49,448 nt of DNA from a virus. Taxonomy: Duplodnaviria > Caudoviricetes. The notes below the pieces were generated by a model. The model was not told the origin of the DNA and did not search any database. It saw nothing but the letters and a program-made list of their open reading frames with translations. This document shows, piece after piece, positions 7,073 to 17,273 of this stretch. Position 1 is the first letter of the stretch; each line of letters opens with the position of its first letter. The translations under genes and the position numbers were made by a program. The stretch is taken from the IMG/VR virus record IMGVR_UViG_3300043473_000195, positions 1 to 49,448 of that record, one strand, 5' to 3'.

Positions 7073-8517
7073 GTCCAGCCGCCGCTGCTGACCCGCTGGC
7101 GGGCCGGTGCGCGGCCCCGCAGTTTCTTGGCAATCTGCATCGCCGTGCGTGTGCCGCCCATCGCCAGCACGCCGTACTGCAGCGCGTCGGCGACGTGGGA
7201 CCATGGGTTCTTGTCGGGCTTCGGTCGGCTGACGTCGAGGTTGGTCTTCGAATAGCGGTACATGCCGTTCATCGCCGAGATCAGTTTCGGGCAACGCGAT
7301 CTATCAAACAAGATCGCTCCCATGCCATCGCGTTGCTGGAGCAGGTAGCTCTCGACCGCCGTCAGGCGCGTGTCGATGTCGTTGGTCATCGCCGGGATGG
7401 CGGTAAAGCCCTCGTGCTTGAGGATGTCGAAAGCGGTCTTCTCGTCGTAGTCCGACCGCTGGTTGCCCGCCGGATCGCCGACGATCACCATGCTCATGCC
7501 GAGATAGCGGCTCTGCTGCATCCTAGGACGAAGGGTGACGCGACAGTGGTTGATCAGGCCGGTGTCCTCGGCCTCGATCTCCTCCAGTACGAGGATACGG
7601 CCACGGTGGTCCTCCTGCAGGACCACGCCCCAAGGATCGCGACCGAAATCCTGCCCGATGATCAGCGGCTTTCCTTTGACCGGTTCGAGGGACGCGACCA
7701 CGTGGAAACTCTGGCGGAAGGCGCCCGCGAACACCGCCGCGCCCGACGGGTCCGGTCCCAAGAGGGCGTGGACGTAGCGCGTCACCCAACTCGTGTTGCG
7801 ATTTCGGGAAAGTCGCTCGTAGTAGGTCCGGCCCTGCGCGATCCGCTTGGGATCGCCAATCGGGAGCTTGAGCGTTTCGGCGGTCTGCAGGAGGAAGTTC
7901 AGGTTCTCGGCATCGGGATCGAGGCCACCCGGTTGCCTGAACACTTCCCAGTCGGGCGGCGGGTTGGTGATCAGGTCAGCCCACGGTGATCCGTCGGTCG
8001 GTGCGTTGGTGTCGGCCACGATGCCGATCCACGTCGCGCCGCCCATGTCGGCGCTGGGGTATCTTCCGATACGGCCTTCGATGGCGGAGATCAGGTCGGC
8101 GTCGATCTCGATGGCCTCCGAGATCCACGCGCCCGTGATGTTCATCGACAGCAGGCGTCGCTGGTCCTCGGGATTTTCCAAGGGGATGAGTATCCATTCG
8201 GATACCACGTCGCCGATGCGGATGTAGATCGTGCTCTCGGAAACACGCCAGTCGGCCAGCATCGGGATCCACTGCAGCACGTCCTTCAGGATGGTGAGCT
8301 TGATCTGCTGGAGGGTCTGGCGAACGATGGCAAAGCGGGTGTAGCGCTTGCCGTCGGGCGCGGGCAGCTGCTCGCAGGCCCGCCTCAGCAACTCAAAAAT
8401 GATGCCGGTCGTCTTGCCGGAACCAACAGGCCCGTAGATCAGCCTGAAAAACGCCTCCGACAGCATGAAGGTCTCGACCGTCTTCGGCGGCGTGTAGTTG
8501 ACGAGCCGGTCAGCCAT
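7069..8517 (-). CDS. terL: terminase large subunit
   Basis: Walker A GPVGSGKTT, AWISEA Walker B, nuclease GQDFGRDP, VGDPAG, HVADALQY. Confidence 0.92.
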   Translation of the reverse strand: MADRLVNYTPPKTVETFMLSEAFFRLIYGPVGSGKTTGIIFELLRRACEQLPAPDGKRYTRFAIVRQTLQQIKLTILKDVLQWIPMLADWRVSESTIYIRIGDVVSEWILIPLENPEDQRRLLSMNITGAWISEAIEIDADLISAIEGRIGRYPSADMGGATWIGIVADTNAPTDGSPWADLITNPPPDWEVFRQPGGLDPDAENLNFLLQTAETLKLPIGDPKRIAQGRTYYERLSRNRNTSWVTRYVHALLGPDPSGAAVFAGAFRQSFHVVASLEPVKGKPLIIGQDFGRDPWGVVLQEDHRGRILVLEEIEAEDTGLINHCRVTLRPRMQQSRYLGMSMVIVGDPAGNQRSDYDEKTAFDILKHEGFTAIPAMTNDIDTRLTAVESYLLQQRDGMGAILFDRSRCPKLISAMNGMYRYSKTNLDVSRPKPDKNPWSHVADALQYGVLAMGGTRTAMQIAKKLRGRAPARQRVSSGGWT

Positions 8518-9010
8518 TGCTGGCGACCTCTAGGGGGCTAATTTCAACTGAAAGCGGTTCGATGACCTTCTCGATGTGAAGACTTCGCTCGCCGTTACCA
8601 GCGCCGGTAAAATTGATGTTGAGCACCACGCGGTCGCCAATCGAGGCGTTCTCGGCGCGCTCGCCGATCCCGGCGATGCGCGATGCCCACTTGAGCGCTT
8701 CGACCTTGGCGGCCATCGGCTGGGCGCGGTCGTGGATCAGGGTGTAGACTTCGGCGATGCTCTCCTCGATCATCGTCGCCGCCTTCGCTGAAATTCTCGT
8801 GCTGATCGCCATCGGCGTGCTGGCGTTCCAGATCTCAAGCTCCTCGCCGAGGCGCTGCTGGAACATTTGACTGCCGACGATGGCGTCGAACTCGTCGACC
8901 GACAGCTTGTAGGCGTCGCGGATCCGGTCGACTGGGAACAGGTTACGGGCGACCTCGCGGGCCATCCTTGAGACCGTGACGTCGTTCAGCACCATCGCTT
9001 GTTCGGACAT
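8510..9010 (-). CDS. terS: putative terminase small subunit
   Basis: 166 aa directly upstream of and overlapping terL; helical body ending in VVLNINF strand. Confidence 0.6.
   Translation of the reverse strand: MSEQAMVLNDVTVSRMAREVARNLFPVDRIRDAYKLSVDEFDAIVGSQMFQQRLGEELEIWNASTPMAISTRISAKAATMIEESIAEVYTLIHDRAQPMAAKVEALKWASRIAGIGERAENASIGDRVVLNINFTGAGNGERSLHIEKVIEPLSVEISPLEVASNG
8595..8610. repeat. palindrome B (intragenic)
   Basis: TTACCAGCGCCGGTAA, read as F-T-G-A-G-N in terS. Confidence 0.85.
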
Positions 9011-9038
9011 TGCGAAAAGACCCCAGAAAAAGTAGCTT
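9010..9038 (+). promoter_or_regulatory. sigma70-like promoter for the portal operon, probably leaderless
   Basis: TTGCGA (9010-9015), 17 bp, TAGCTT (9033-9038); ATG at 9046 is 7 nt downstream with no SD. Confidence 0.55.
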
Positions 9039-9045
9039 TACCACC

Positions 9046-11223
9046 ATGGCCGAGAGCGTCATCCAATTCCAGCCCCGCAATCCGCTCGTGCGGACGGTCT
9101 CCAACGCCGAGATCGACGCAGCCGAAGCGCGACACCGCGAGAACCAGCAACTCTCCCAGCCCGACCCCAACCAGTACACCGGGCTTGCCGGGTTCATCAG
9201 GACCGAGTGGGACATGATGGTCCGCCATCGCAACACTACGGCGGGGTGGAGCGACAGGTTGCTAGATGCGCTGCGGGCCTTCAACGGCCAGTACGACCCG
9301 CAGAAACTGGCGGAGATCAGGAAGTTCGGCGGGTCGGAGGTTTACGCCAGATTGATAGCGGCGAAATGCCGTGCCGCCTCGTCCCTGCTCAGGGACGTCT
9401 ACCTCGGCGCCGAGCGCCCTTGGGGTCTGACGCCGCCGGTCGATCCCGAGATCCCGCTTGAGATCATGCAGTCCATCGAGAAGCTGGTCGAGACCGAGGT
9501 CCAGTCGCAGATGATGGGCGCCCCTGCGGTGGTCGATCCGATGACCCAGCAGGTCGCCCAGCCCGCGATGCCGGGTAAGCCGCCCGAGGTCGATCAGATC
9601 CGCGACCGCGTGTTCCAGCTGATGGAGAGCGCCCGCGACGCAGCCAAGGTCCACGCCAAGGACCAGACGGTGATCAGCGAGGAAAAGCTCGACGAGATCC
9701 TGTCGGAAGGGAATTTTTACTCAGCACTCGCCGAGTTCATCACCGACATCAGCGTGTTCCCCTTCGCCTGCATCAAGGGGCCGACCGTGAGGATGGTCCT
9801 CGACGTGTCGTGGCAGGGGCGCAAGCCGGTCCAGACCCGCAAGCCTAGGCTCTGGTGGGATCGTGTTTCCCCGTTCGACCTGTGGTGGACCCCCGGCGTG
9901 TCGAGCATCGAGGATGCCCGCCTGATCCATCGGATCAGGCTGACCCGCACCGACTTGAACGACTTGATCGGCCTGCCCGGATACAACACCGAGAACATCC
10001 GTGCCGTGCTGCAGAGCTACGGCTCGCAGGGACTGACCGAGAACTGGGACAGCACCGACGCCACGCGGGCGGTGCTGGAGAGCCGCGAAAACCCCGTCTA
10101 CAACATGTCCAACCTGATCACGACCTTGGAGTTCCATGGCAACGTGCAGGGCAAGATGCTACTTGAATATGGGTTCACAGAGGAGGAGATCCCCGACCCG
10201 CTGCGCGACTACGCCGTGCAGGCTTGGCTGATCGGCCAGTACCTGATCAAGGTCCAGATGTCGCCCAGTCCGCGTCGTCGGCATCCCTTCTACCTCACCT
10301 CGTTCGAGAAGATCCCGTCGACCCCGGTCGGCAACGGCATCGTCGACATCATCTCCGATCTGCAGGAGGTGGCCAATGCGTCGCTTCGCTCGCTGGTCAA
10401 CAACCTCTCGATCTCGTCGGGTCCGCAGGTGGTTATCAACGAGGATCGTCTTGCGGGCGGTGAGAACACGGATGAGCTATACCCGTGGAAACGCTGGCGC
10501 ACGACCAACCCGCTGATCGCCGGGTCGACCGAGCCCGCGATCAGCTTCTTCCAACCCCAGTCGAACGCCAACGAGGCGCTGGGTGTGTTCAATGCGTTCT
10601 ATGGCCTTGCCGACGATGTATCGGCCATCCCTAAGTATCTGTCTGGCAATTCGCCGGGAGGAGGCGCGGGCCGCACGGCGTCGGGCCTCGCCATGCTCAT
10701 GGGCAACGCGTCCAAGATCCTGCAAACGGTGTGCGCCAACATCGACCGGGACGTCATGTCGCCGCTCCTGAGAAATTTGCTCGACCTCGTGCTCATGACC
10801 GACCAATCCGGCCTATTAACTGGTGAGGAGGAAGTCCAGCCCAAGGGTGTCGTGGTGGCGGTCCAGCGCGAGACGATGCGCCAGCGCCAGCTGGAGTTCC
10901 TGCAGCTGACCCAGAACCCCATCGACCTCCAGATCATGGGACCGAAGCGCCGCGCCAATGTGCTGCGCGCGGTCAGTCACGGCATCGGCATGGACGGCGA
11001 CGACATCGTGCCTTCGAAGGAAGAACTGGACGAGCAGGAGAAACAGGCCAAGCAGCTGGCGATGATGCAGGGCATGCCCGGTAGCGCCATGCAGCCGCCG
11101 CCACCGCCCGGTGCGCCGGGACAGGGCAAGCCGAAGGGTCAGGCGCCCCCGGCCAAGCCCTCGGGCGCCATGGGACCGCAGACCAACGTCACTCCCGCTC
11201 GGGTGGCAGGTGGTGTAGGGTGA
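9046..11223 (+). CDS. portal protein
   Basis: 725 aa; VSPFDLWW, GNGIVDIISDLQ, NNLSISSGPQV, RTASGLAMLM motifs of podovirus-type portals; position next to terminase. Confidence 0.85.
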   Translation: MAESVIQFQPRNPLVRTVSNAEIDAAEARHRENQQLSQPDPNQYTGLAGFIRTEWDMMVRHRNTTAGWSDRLLDALRAFNGQYDPQKLAEIRKFGGSEVYARLIAAKCRAASSLLRDVYLGAERPWGLTPPVDPEIPLEIMQSIEKLVETEVQSQMMGAPAVVDPMTQQVAQPAMPGKPPEVDQIRDRVFQLMESARDAAKVHAKDQTVISEEKLDEILSEGNFYSALAEFITDISVFPFACIKGPTVRMVLDVSWQGRKPVQTRKPRLWWDRVSPFDLWWTPGVSSIEDARLIHRIRLTRTDLNDLIGLPGYNTENIRAVLQSYGSQGLTENWDSTDATRAVLESRENPVYNMSNLITTLEFHGNVQGKMLLEYGFTEEEIPDPLRDYAVQAWLIGQYLIKVQMSPSPRRRHPFYLTSFEKIPSTPVGNGIVDIISDLQEVANASLRSLVNNLSISSGPQVVINEDRLAGGENTDELYPWKRWRTTNPLIAGSTEPAISFFQPQSNANEALGVFNAFYGLADDVSAIPKYLSGNSPGGGAGRTASGLAMLMGNASKILQTVCANIDRDVMSPLLRNLLDLVLMTDQSGLLTGEEEVQPKGVVVAVQRETMRQRQLEFLQLTQNPIDLQIMGPKRRANVLRAVSHGIGMDGDDIVPSKEELDEQEKQAKQLAMMQGMPGSAMQPPPPPGAPGQGKPKGQAPPAKPSGAMGPQTNVTPARVAGGVG

Positions 11224-11417
11224 AGGACGGAGTTCGGGGGGCCAAGGTCCAGTCGATAGCCGAGACGGCTGTCGGGGTTGGTTTCAGGGACTTCATCGTT
11301 ATCGTCTGGGACGACGAGGACAAGTGGGCGTCGACGGTGAGCAGCGGCATCGAACCGCAACGCCTGCGTGACGCGGCGGCATTTCTTCTCAAGACAGCAG
11401 GAGATCAACATGGCTGA
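11220..11417 (+). CDS. hypothetical protein
   Basis: GTGA coupling to the portal stop. Confidence 0.45.
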   Translation: MKDGVRGAKVQSIAETAVGVGFRDFIVIVWDDEDKWASTVSSGIEPQRLRDAAAFLLKTAGDQHG

Positions 11418-11733
11418 CGGTACGAAGGGTTGGGGCACGCTGGGCGGCGGCTCGGGCCGCATGCACAAGTTCGAGCCGACCGGCACGCAGGTGCCGGATC
11501 GCTCCTCGCAGGAGGGACACTCGGGCGGTCGCCGCGACCAGACGGCCAAGGGCGGCAAGTCGGGCGTCGGGTCGAGCGAGGGTGCCACCAACAAGTACCA
11601 CGCGGGCACCCAGACCCCCGGCCAGTCCTCGGCGATGGCGACGAACAACAACAAGTTCGCCGAGGGCGGCACCACCAAGATGTTCGGCAACAGGGGCTCG
11701 CAGCGCTGCGAACCCGGCAAGTCCGCCTGCTGA
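11410..11733 (+). CDS. Gly-rich disordered protein, possible internal head protein
   Basis: AGGAG RBS; contains KFAEGG motif. Confidence 0.7.
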   Translation: MADGTKGWGTLGGGSGRMHKFEPTGTQVPDRSSQEGHSGGRRDQTAKGGKSGVGSSEGATNKYHAGTQTPGQSSAMATNNNKFAEGGTTKMFGNRGSQRCEPGKSAC

Positions 11734-11734
11734 C

Positions 11735-12004
11735 ATGCGGGCGCCGCGTCTCAGCAAGTTCACCCGTGCCGCCATCCCGACGGCGGCAGGGCGCGGGACG
11801 TCGACCAGCCACGTGATGGGCGAGAACCCGCGCAAGGGCAAGCTGACCGAGATGGCCGGGACCAACCCCAAGATCTTCGGCGGTTCGGGGGCCAAGCGGT
11901 TCGGTGGCGGCATGACGCACGACACCGCGCCCAACAAGGACCACCCCGACCTGTTCACCCCCGGTATCGGTTTCGCCGGTCCCGGCGCCGACGAGCCGGT
12001 CTGA
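11735..12004 (+). CDS. small basic Gly-rich protein
   Basis: MRAPRLSKF...; tightly packed in the operon. Confidence 0.6.
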   Translation: MRAPRLSKFTRAAIPTAAGRGTSTSHVMGENPRKGKLTEMAGTNPKIFGGSGAKRFGGGMTHDTAPNKDHPDLFTPGIGFAGPGADEPV

Positions 12005-12231
12005 TGGGCACCAAGTTCGGCAACCCCTTCGGCAAGGTGCCCAAGCCCAATGGCAAGGGGCACAAGAGCGAGTTGCTGCCATCGCGCCACGCGATAAGCG
12101 AGTTGACCAAGGGCACTGCCCAGCAGCGCTCCTACCAGAACTACGCCAAGCTGACGCCGTCGGGCGCCAACGCGCCGACCGACTACCAGTCGATCATCGA
12201 CATGGGCAACAAGGGGGCCAAGATCCTCTGA
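12004..12231 (+). CDS. small basic protein
   Basis: TGATG coupling; 75 aa. Confidence 0.65.
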   Translation: MGTKFGNPFGKVPKPNGKGHKSELLPSRHAISELTKGTAQQRSYQNYAKLTPSGANAPTDYQSIIDMGNKGAKIL

Positions 12232-12480
12232 ATGGCTGACCCGTTCCACGACGTCGCCATGGCTGCGGCTGACCTCAAGATCGCCGCGCCCCGAGAGTTC
12301 GATGTGTTCGTCGCTACCCTCGACAAGCTCGAAAAACGCATGATGGCGGACTTGCTTGCTGCTGGGCCGGATGGCATTTTTACCAGCCAAGGTAAAGCGC
12401 TGCTCTCTCAACAACTCAAGAAGAAGATCGAAGAGTGCATGTCAATTAAAAACCAAACCGATAATAGGGGTAAATCCTGA
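12232..12480 (+). CDS. small helical protein preceding scaffold
   Basis: 82 aa; contiguous in the head operon. Confidence 0.65.
   Translation: MADPFHDVAMAAADLKIAAPREFDVFVATLDKLEKRMMADLLAAGPDGIFTSQGKALLSQQLKKKIEECMSIKNQTDNRGKS
12380..12395. repeat. palindrome B (intragenic)
   Basis: TTACCAGCCAAGGTAA, read as F-T-S-Q-G-K. Confidence 0.85.
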
Positions 12481-13643
12481 TGGCGATGCCAGTCACAGTC
12501 GCCGAATTGCGCCGCACCACGGCGCTGGCGTCCGGTACGGTCGATCCCAACGTCAAGATCCCGCAGCACGTGATCGACGCCGGTAAACGATCTGAACTCA
12601 TCCAGCGCTCGATGAATGGCGAGGCCGAGCCGTCGGTCGCCGCCGCTGTCGAGAATGGGCAAGCTCAGGGGAATGGTGAGGCTCCACCTCCGCTCGCACC
12701 GAATGGAGCCCCCCAAGAGCCGCCGCCTCCGAATGGGTCAGCGGCGGCCCCCCAAGAGGGTGACGAACAGCCCGGTCAGCCGGTCAACTGGGAGGAGCGC
12801 TATCGGCGTCTGCACGGTCGGCACGAGGCCGACACGCGGCGCGCACGCGAGGCGGTCAACCTCCTCAGCCAGCGCCTCGACCAGATGGAGCGCGAGAACG
12901 GCCAGCTGCGCGCCACCCAGCCGCTGGCGCCGCCGCCGGAACAGCCCGCGCAGGCGCTAACCGAGCAGGAGATCGCCGACTACGGACCGGAGTTCGTCGA
13001 CGTCATGTCGCGGGTCGCGCAGGCCACGGCGGCACCGCTGCAGCACGAGATCCAGAGCCTCAAGGGTCAGCTGGGCCACGTCCAGCAGGAGACCGGCAAT
13101 GCCTTCCTGACCCGCATGGACGCCACCATCAGCGCCGCCATTCCGGGTTGGGCGGACCTCAACAACGATCCGCGATTTGTGTCGTGGTCGAAGTTGCCAG
13201 ACGTTTTTTCGGGTGCTATTCGTAAGACGCTGATGCAAGAGGCGTGGAACTCAGGCGACGCCCATCGTGTCGTCGCCTTCTTCCAAGCCTTCCTTGCAGA
13301 GGAGGCTGCTACGAACCCGCAAGGGTCCAACGGCCAGATGCGACCGGTCCCGCGCACGGTGGACGCTCTCACTCCACCCGCCGCCCCGACCCAGCCGCAG
13401 ATGTCGTTGGAGACCTTCGCCGCTCCGGGCAGAGCCCATTCGGCTGGAAGTGCTCCCGTCGAAAAGCAGTACTACACGGCTGCTCAGATCACGAAGTTCT
13501 ATACGGACTGCGCTGCAGGCCGTTGGCGTGGTCACGAACAGCAGCGCGCCGCTCTCGACGCCGACATCATGTTGGCCCAGCGGGAAGGCCGTATCATTCC
13601 CAACCCACGCAATCAGGCGCCTAGGGATCCTTTTTCGAGGTGA
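12480..13643 (+). CDS. capsid scaffolding protein
   Basis: directly before the MCP; disordered N-terminus, WEERYRRLHGR coiled coil, PGWADLNNDPRF, IMLAQREGRI. Confidence 0.75.
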   Translation: MAMPVTVAELRRTTALASGTVDPNVKIPQHVIDAGKRSELIQRSMNGEAEPSVAAAVENGQAQGNGEAPPPLAPNGAPQEPPPPNGSAAAPQEGDEQPGQPVNWEERYRRLHGRHEADTRRAREAVNLLSQRLDQMERENGQLRATQPLAPPPEQPAQALTEQEIADYGPEFVDVMSRVAQATAAPLQHEIQSLKGQLGHVQQETGNAFLTRMDATISAAIPGWADLNNDPRFVSWSKLPDVFSGAIRKTLMQEAWNSGDAHRVVAFFQAFLAEEAATNPQGSNGQMRPVPRTVDALTPPAAPTQPQMSLETFAAPGRAHSAGSAPVEKQYYTAAQITKFYTDCAAGRWRGHEQQRAALDADIMLAQREGRIIPNPRNQAPRDPFSR

Positions 13644-13673
13644 CCCTAGGGGCTAGACCCTAGGAGCATCCTC

Positions 13674-14693
13674 ATGGCTGGTTACCCGCTGGCTGGTGCT
13701 GGCACCACCCCGCCGATCTTCCCCACCGGTTCGGTTCAGCCGACCCCGCCATACTCGGGCACGTTCATCCCCGAGATCTGGTCGGGCAAGCTGATCGAGA
13801 AGTTCTACGCCTCGACCGTTTTGGCGGCGATCTCGAACACCGACTACGAAGGTGAGATCAAGAACCAAGGCGACAAGGTCCACATCCGCACCAAGCCGAC
13901 GATCACCATCCGCGATTACCTCGTGGGCGGTAATCTGACGGTCGACCGGCCCGGTTCGAACATCGTCGATCTCACCATCGACAAGGGCAAGTACTTCAAC
14001 GAAATCCTCGACGACGTGATGGAGGTTCAGTCCGACATCAACCTGATGGGCATCTGGTCCGACGATGCTGCCCAGCAGATGAAGATCGTCATCGACACCG
14101 ACGTCCTGCTCGGCATCCTCGGTCAGTGCGACGCCGCTAACCGTGGTCTCACGGCGGGCAAGATCACGGCGAACATCAACCTTGGTGTCACCGGCACGCC
14201 TCTCCCGGTGGTCGCCAACATCGCCAACCCGCCGGTTGCTGGGCAGGTCACCATCCTGCAGGCGATCCTCCGCCTCGGCCAAGCGCTCGATGAGCAGAAC
14301 ATCCCCGAGCAGGGCCGCTGGATCGTCATGCCGACGTGGGCCGCGACGATGATCAAGGAGAGCGAACTCAGGCAGGCTTACCTGTCGGGCGACCAGACCT
14401 CGATCCTCCGCAATGGGCGTCTGGGCATGATCGACCGCTTCACCCTCTACGTCTCGAACCTGCTGCCCAAGGGTCCGGTGACCGGTCCCCCGGCGCTGGC
14501 GGCGGGCGAGTGGGTGATCTACGCCGGTCACGCGCACGGCCTGACGTTCGCCTCGCAGGTCTCCAAGGTCGAGACGCTGCGGTCCGAGTTCACCTTCGGC
14601 ACGCTGCTGCGCGGGCTGCAGGTGTACGGCTACAAGGTCATCGACGGCGTGGCGCTCGCGCAAGCGGTCGTGACCGAGGCCGTGATCCCGTAG
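13674..14693 (+). CDS. major capsid protein (HK97 fold, P22-coat-like)
   Basis: FIPEIWSGKL...ISNTDYEGEIKNQGDKVHI...LDEQNIPEQGRW...RGLQVYGYKV; AGGAG RBS. Confidence 0.9.
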   Translation: MAGYPLAGAGTTPPIFPTGSVQPTPPYSGTFIPEIWSGKLIEKFYASTVLAAISNTDYEGEIKNQGDKVHIRTKPTITIRDYLVGGNLTVDRPGSNIVDLTIDKGKYFNEILDDVMEVQSDINLMGIWSDDAAQQMKIVIDTDVLLGILGQCDAANRGLTAGKITANINLGVTGTPLPVVANIANPPVAGQVTILQAILRLGQALDEQNIPEQGRWIVMPTWAATMIKESELRQAYLSGDQTSILRNGRLGMIDRFTLYVSNLLPKGPVTGPPALAAGEWVIYAGHAHGLTFASQVSKVETLRSEFTFGTLLRGLQVYGYKVIDGVALAQAVVTEAVIP

Positions 14694-14715
14694 GACGGGC
14701 TGACCGCGACGAACG

Positions 14716-14753
14716 GCGGGGCAGTTACCGGCGACGGTAATCTGCCCCGCTTC
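14716..14753 (+). terminator. long hairpin after the capsid gene containing a palindrome B copy (14725-14740)
   Basis: GCGGGGCAG-TTACCG...CGGTAA-T-CTGCCCCGC; weak U tract. Confidence 0.55.
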
Positions 14754-14778
14754 GCATGTAGGTCATGCTGGAGGTCCC

Positions 14779-16443
14779 GTGGCCGGTCCCGTCTTCAACT
14801 CGCCGACGCCACCGCCTAATCCGGGCGATGGCGACCTGTGGTTCAACACGACCACGGGGCGCGAGTATGTCTGGTATATCTCTCCGTCGCTGATCGGCCA
14901 GTGGGTGCAGACCCAGCCGACCAGCAGCGCCGTGGTCGACGCGACCGTCGTGCCGCCCGTGCCGCCCATCGTGCCTTCGGCGGGACCGCACGACGTGACG
15001 CGCACGCCGACGCTCACCGTGTCTCAGGTGCCGCCGACGTCGCCCGCGCCGCTGCCGGGTGACCTGTGGTGGAACACGATCAACGGCAACGAGTTCATCC
15101 TCTACGACGACGGCAACACCGTTCAGTGGGTGCTCACTCACCGGGGCAACGGACCCATCGGCCCGAAGGGCGATCAGGGCGACCCCGGCGCTGACGGCGC
15201 CGACGGAGCCGACGGCGCGCAGGGGCCGCAGGGTAATACCGGCCTGCAGGGGGCGCAGGGTGTGCCCGGTCCGCAGGGTGACGTTGGCCCGATGGGGCCG
15301 CAGGGTGTGCAGGGTCCGGTCGGGCCAGTCGGTCCAATCGGTCCGACCGGTGCTGACAGCACGGTCCCCGGTCCCCAAGGTCCGCAGGGTATCCAAGGTC
15401 CGGTTGGTCCGACGGGTGCTGACAGCACGGTCCCCGGTCCCCAAGGTCCGCAAGGTGTGCAGGGTCCGATTGGTCTGACCGGCGCGACCGGCGCGGCCTC
15501 GACGGTGCCGGGTCCGAAGGGAGACAAGGGCGACACTGGCGCGCAGGGTGTTCAAGGTCCGGCTGGTGCGGCGAGCACGGTGCCGGGTCCGCAGGGACCG
15601 CAGGGGCCGATTGGCCCGACCGGCGCGACTGGCGCTGACAGCACGGTTCCCGGTCCGCAGGGACCGGCTGGTGCGGCAGGCGCGCAGGGTATCCAAGGCG
15701 TCAAGGGCGACAAGGGCGACCCCGGTGTTCAGGGTATCCAAGGCGTCAAGGGCGACACGGGCGCCCAAGGCATCCAAGGTCCGCAGGGTGTCCAAGGTGT
15801 GCAGGGCACCCCCGGTCCTTTGCCGACCACCGGGACTGTGCCTCCGGGCTCACCAGTCGATAGCCAGCTGTGGTGGAACAGCGACGGGACACCCGGCGGC
15901 GGCCAACTTTACATTCGCTACAACGATGGCAACACGGTCCAGTGGGTGCCCGCTGCTCCCGCCACGGCGAGCGCGCCAACCGGTCTGCTGGGTTCTGCTT
16001 TTGCGGTCATTAACACGTTGATCGGTATCTCGGACGGCAACGGTATTATGCCTGCCGACGATACGATCCCCCAGATTGGTGAGGGTTATCAGATCCTCGT
16101 CGCGAACTACACGCCCAAGAGTGCCGCCAGCAAACTCCGACTGCGCGCCTTCGTCCGAGGCAATTCGAACAGCACCCTTATTCTGTGCGCGGCGATTTTT
16201 CGCGATGCGATTGCCAACGCTGTCGGCGCAGGATTTTCGACGGTGCAGGCTCAGTTTTGGAGCGCCGGGATCCAGATCGAAGCCGAGGTCGCGACTGGAT
16301 CGGTAGCACCAACTTCATTCCAACTTCGCATCGGCATCGGTATTGGTGGTCAGGGCTGGGGCTTTCATCTCAATGGGCACAACGGTGCGCGCCTGCTCGG
16401 TGGTGCGGCTGGTACGACGCTCAGTATCGAGGAGATCGCCTGA
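14779..16443 (+). CDS. collagen-like (Gly-X-Y) fibre protein
   Basis: long GPQG/GADG triplet region; three GDLW/QLW...QWV modules; low-GC C-terminal domain. Confidence 0.85.
   Translation: MAGPVFNSPTPPPNPGDGDLWFNTTTGREYVWYISPSLIGQWVQTQPTSSAVVDATVVPPVPPIVPSAGPHDVTRTPTLTVSQVPPTSPAPLPGDLWWNTINGNEFILYDDGNTVQWVLTHRGNGPIGPKGDQGDPGADGADGADGAQGPQGNTGLQGAQGVPGPQGDVGPMGPQGVQGPVGPVGPIGPTGADSTVPGPQGPQGIQGPVGPTGADSTVPGPQGPQGVQGPIGLTGATGAASTVPGPKGDKGDTGAQGVQGPAGAASTVPGPQGPQGPIGPTGATGADSTVPGPQGPAGAAGAQGIQGVKGDKGDPGVQGIQGVKGDTGAQGIQGPQGVQGVQGTPGPLPTTGTVPPGSPVDSQLWWNSDGTPGGGQLYIRYNDGNTVQWVPAAPATASAPTGLLGSAFAVINTLIGISDGNGIMPADDTIPQIGEGYQILVANYTPKSAASKLRLRAFVRGNSNSTLILCAAIFRDAIANAVGAGFSTVQAQFWSAGIQIEAEVATGSVAPTSFQLRIGIGIGGQGWGFHLNGHNGARLLGGAAGTTLSIEEIA
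15142..15818 (+). repeat. collagen triplet repeats with STVP interruptions
   Basis: near-identical 66-bp units at 15340 and 15406; STVPG occurs five times. Confidence 0.85.
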
Positions 16444-16994
16444 TGGCCGCCCTCGATTTCCCCGCCGCGCCGACACTCAACCAGACCTACGTCGCGCCCA
16501 ACGGTGTCACGTACCAGTGGAACGGCACGATCTGGGTCACCGCCTACGCGCCGACCGGCATGGTGGCGTTCAGGACGGGGACGCCCAACGCTCTTTCCCT
16601 GCCGCAATGGACGCTTCGCCAGCCGACATTCAGTGCGACACCCCTATTCAACAATGGTGGCGGGTTGTGGGATGGCACAACTTACACGGTGAAAACGGCT
16701 GGCCTCTATATGTTGGTTTTCCAAAGTGGTGTTGCCTATCCCGCCGCTGGTTCACTTACCATTGGTCAGGGCGAAAGTTTCATTTATGTAAACGGCGCGG
16801 TTGCCGCGAAACATGGCTACAACGACCCGTTTTGGGCTGGTCCGTTTACTCAATCGAGGACGCTTGTTCACAACGCTTATCTTGCGGTGAACGACCTTAT
16901 CACGCTTCGGATTTTGACCGGCAACATCGACGGCGTGAACCTTTCTGCCGACAGCGCCTATACTTGGTTGTCGGCCATCAGGTTGGGGAGCTAG
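16443..16994 (+). CDS. fibre-associated protein, C1q/TNF-like C-terminal domain
   Basis: TGATG coupling; N-terminal LDFPAAP..YVAPNGVTYQWNG module; YTVKTAGLY and YLAVNDLI resemble C1q-like strands. Confidence 0.65.
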   Translation: MAALDFPAAPTLNQTYVAPNGVTYQWNGTIWVTAYAPTGMVAFRTGTPNALSLPQWTLRQPTFSATPLFNNGGGLWDGTTYTVKTAGLYMLVFQSGVAYPAAGSLTIGQGESFIYVNGAVAAKHGYNDPFWAGPFTQSRTLVHNAYLAVNDLITLRILTGNIDGVNLSADSAYTWLSAIRLGS

Positions 16995-16997
16995 GCC

Positions 16998-17270
16998 ATG
17001 GCGCAAGTTCGCTGGAGGGTCATGGCTTCGCGGATCGGTGAACTCGATGTTCGCTTTCGCCTCAACGTCGGGACGCGAGTGATCGAGAAAATCGTCACGT
17101 TTCCGTGGGACGGTGAGGGCGGCTTCGACCGCTTCATCCATCAGCGCATCCCCTACCAGATGCTGCTCCAGATCGCGGCGGGCGACACACTCGCGCAGTA
17201 CGTCGGTCAGCGCGGTACTATCGAGGTGCCAGTCACGACACCATTCTCCGAGCCCCTACCAACGCCATGA
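16998..17270 (+). CDS. hypothetical protein
   Basis: 90 aa in operon, GGGAG RBS. Confidence 0.6.
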   Translation: MAQVRWRVMASRIGELDVRFRLNVGTRVIEKIVTFPWDGEGGFDRFIHQRIPYQMLLQIAAGDTLAQYVGQRGTIEVPVTTPFSEPLPTP

Positions 17271-17273
17271 GCG

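Noticed and set aside
15142-16990. Diversity-generating retroelement acting on the fibre genes
   Set aside because: No reverse transcriptase and no template/variable repeat pair differing at adenines; the repeats are collagen codons.
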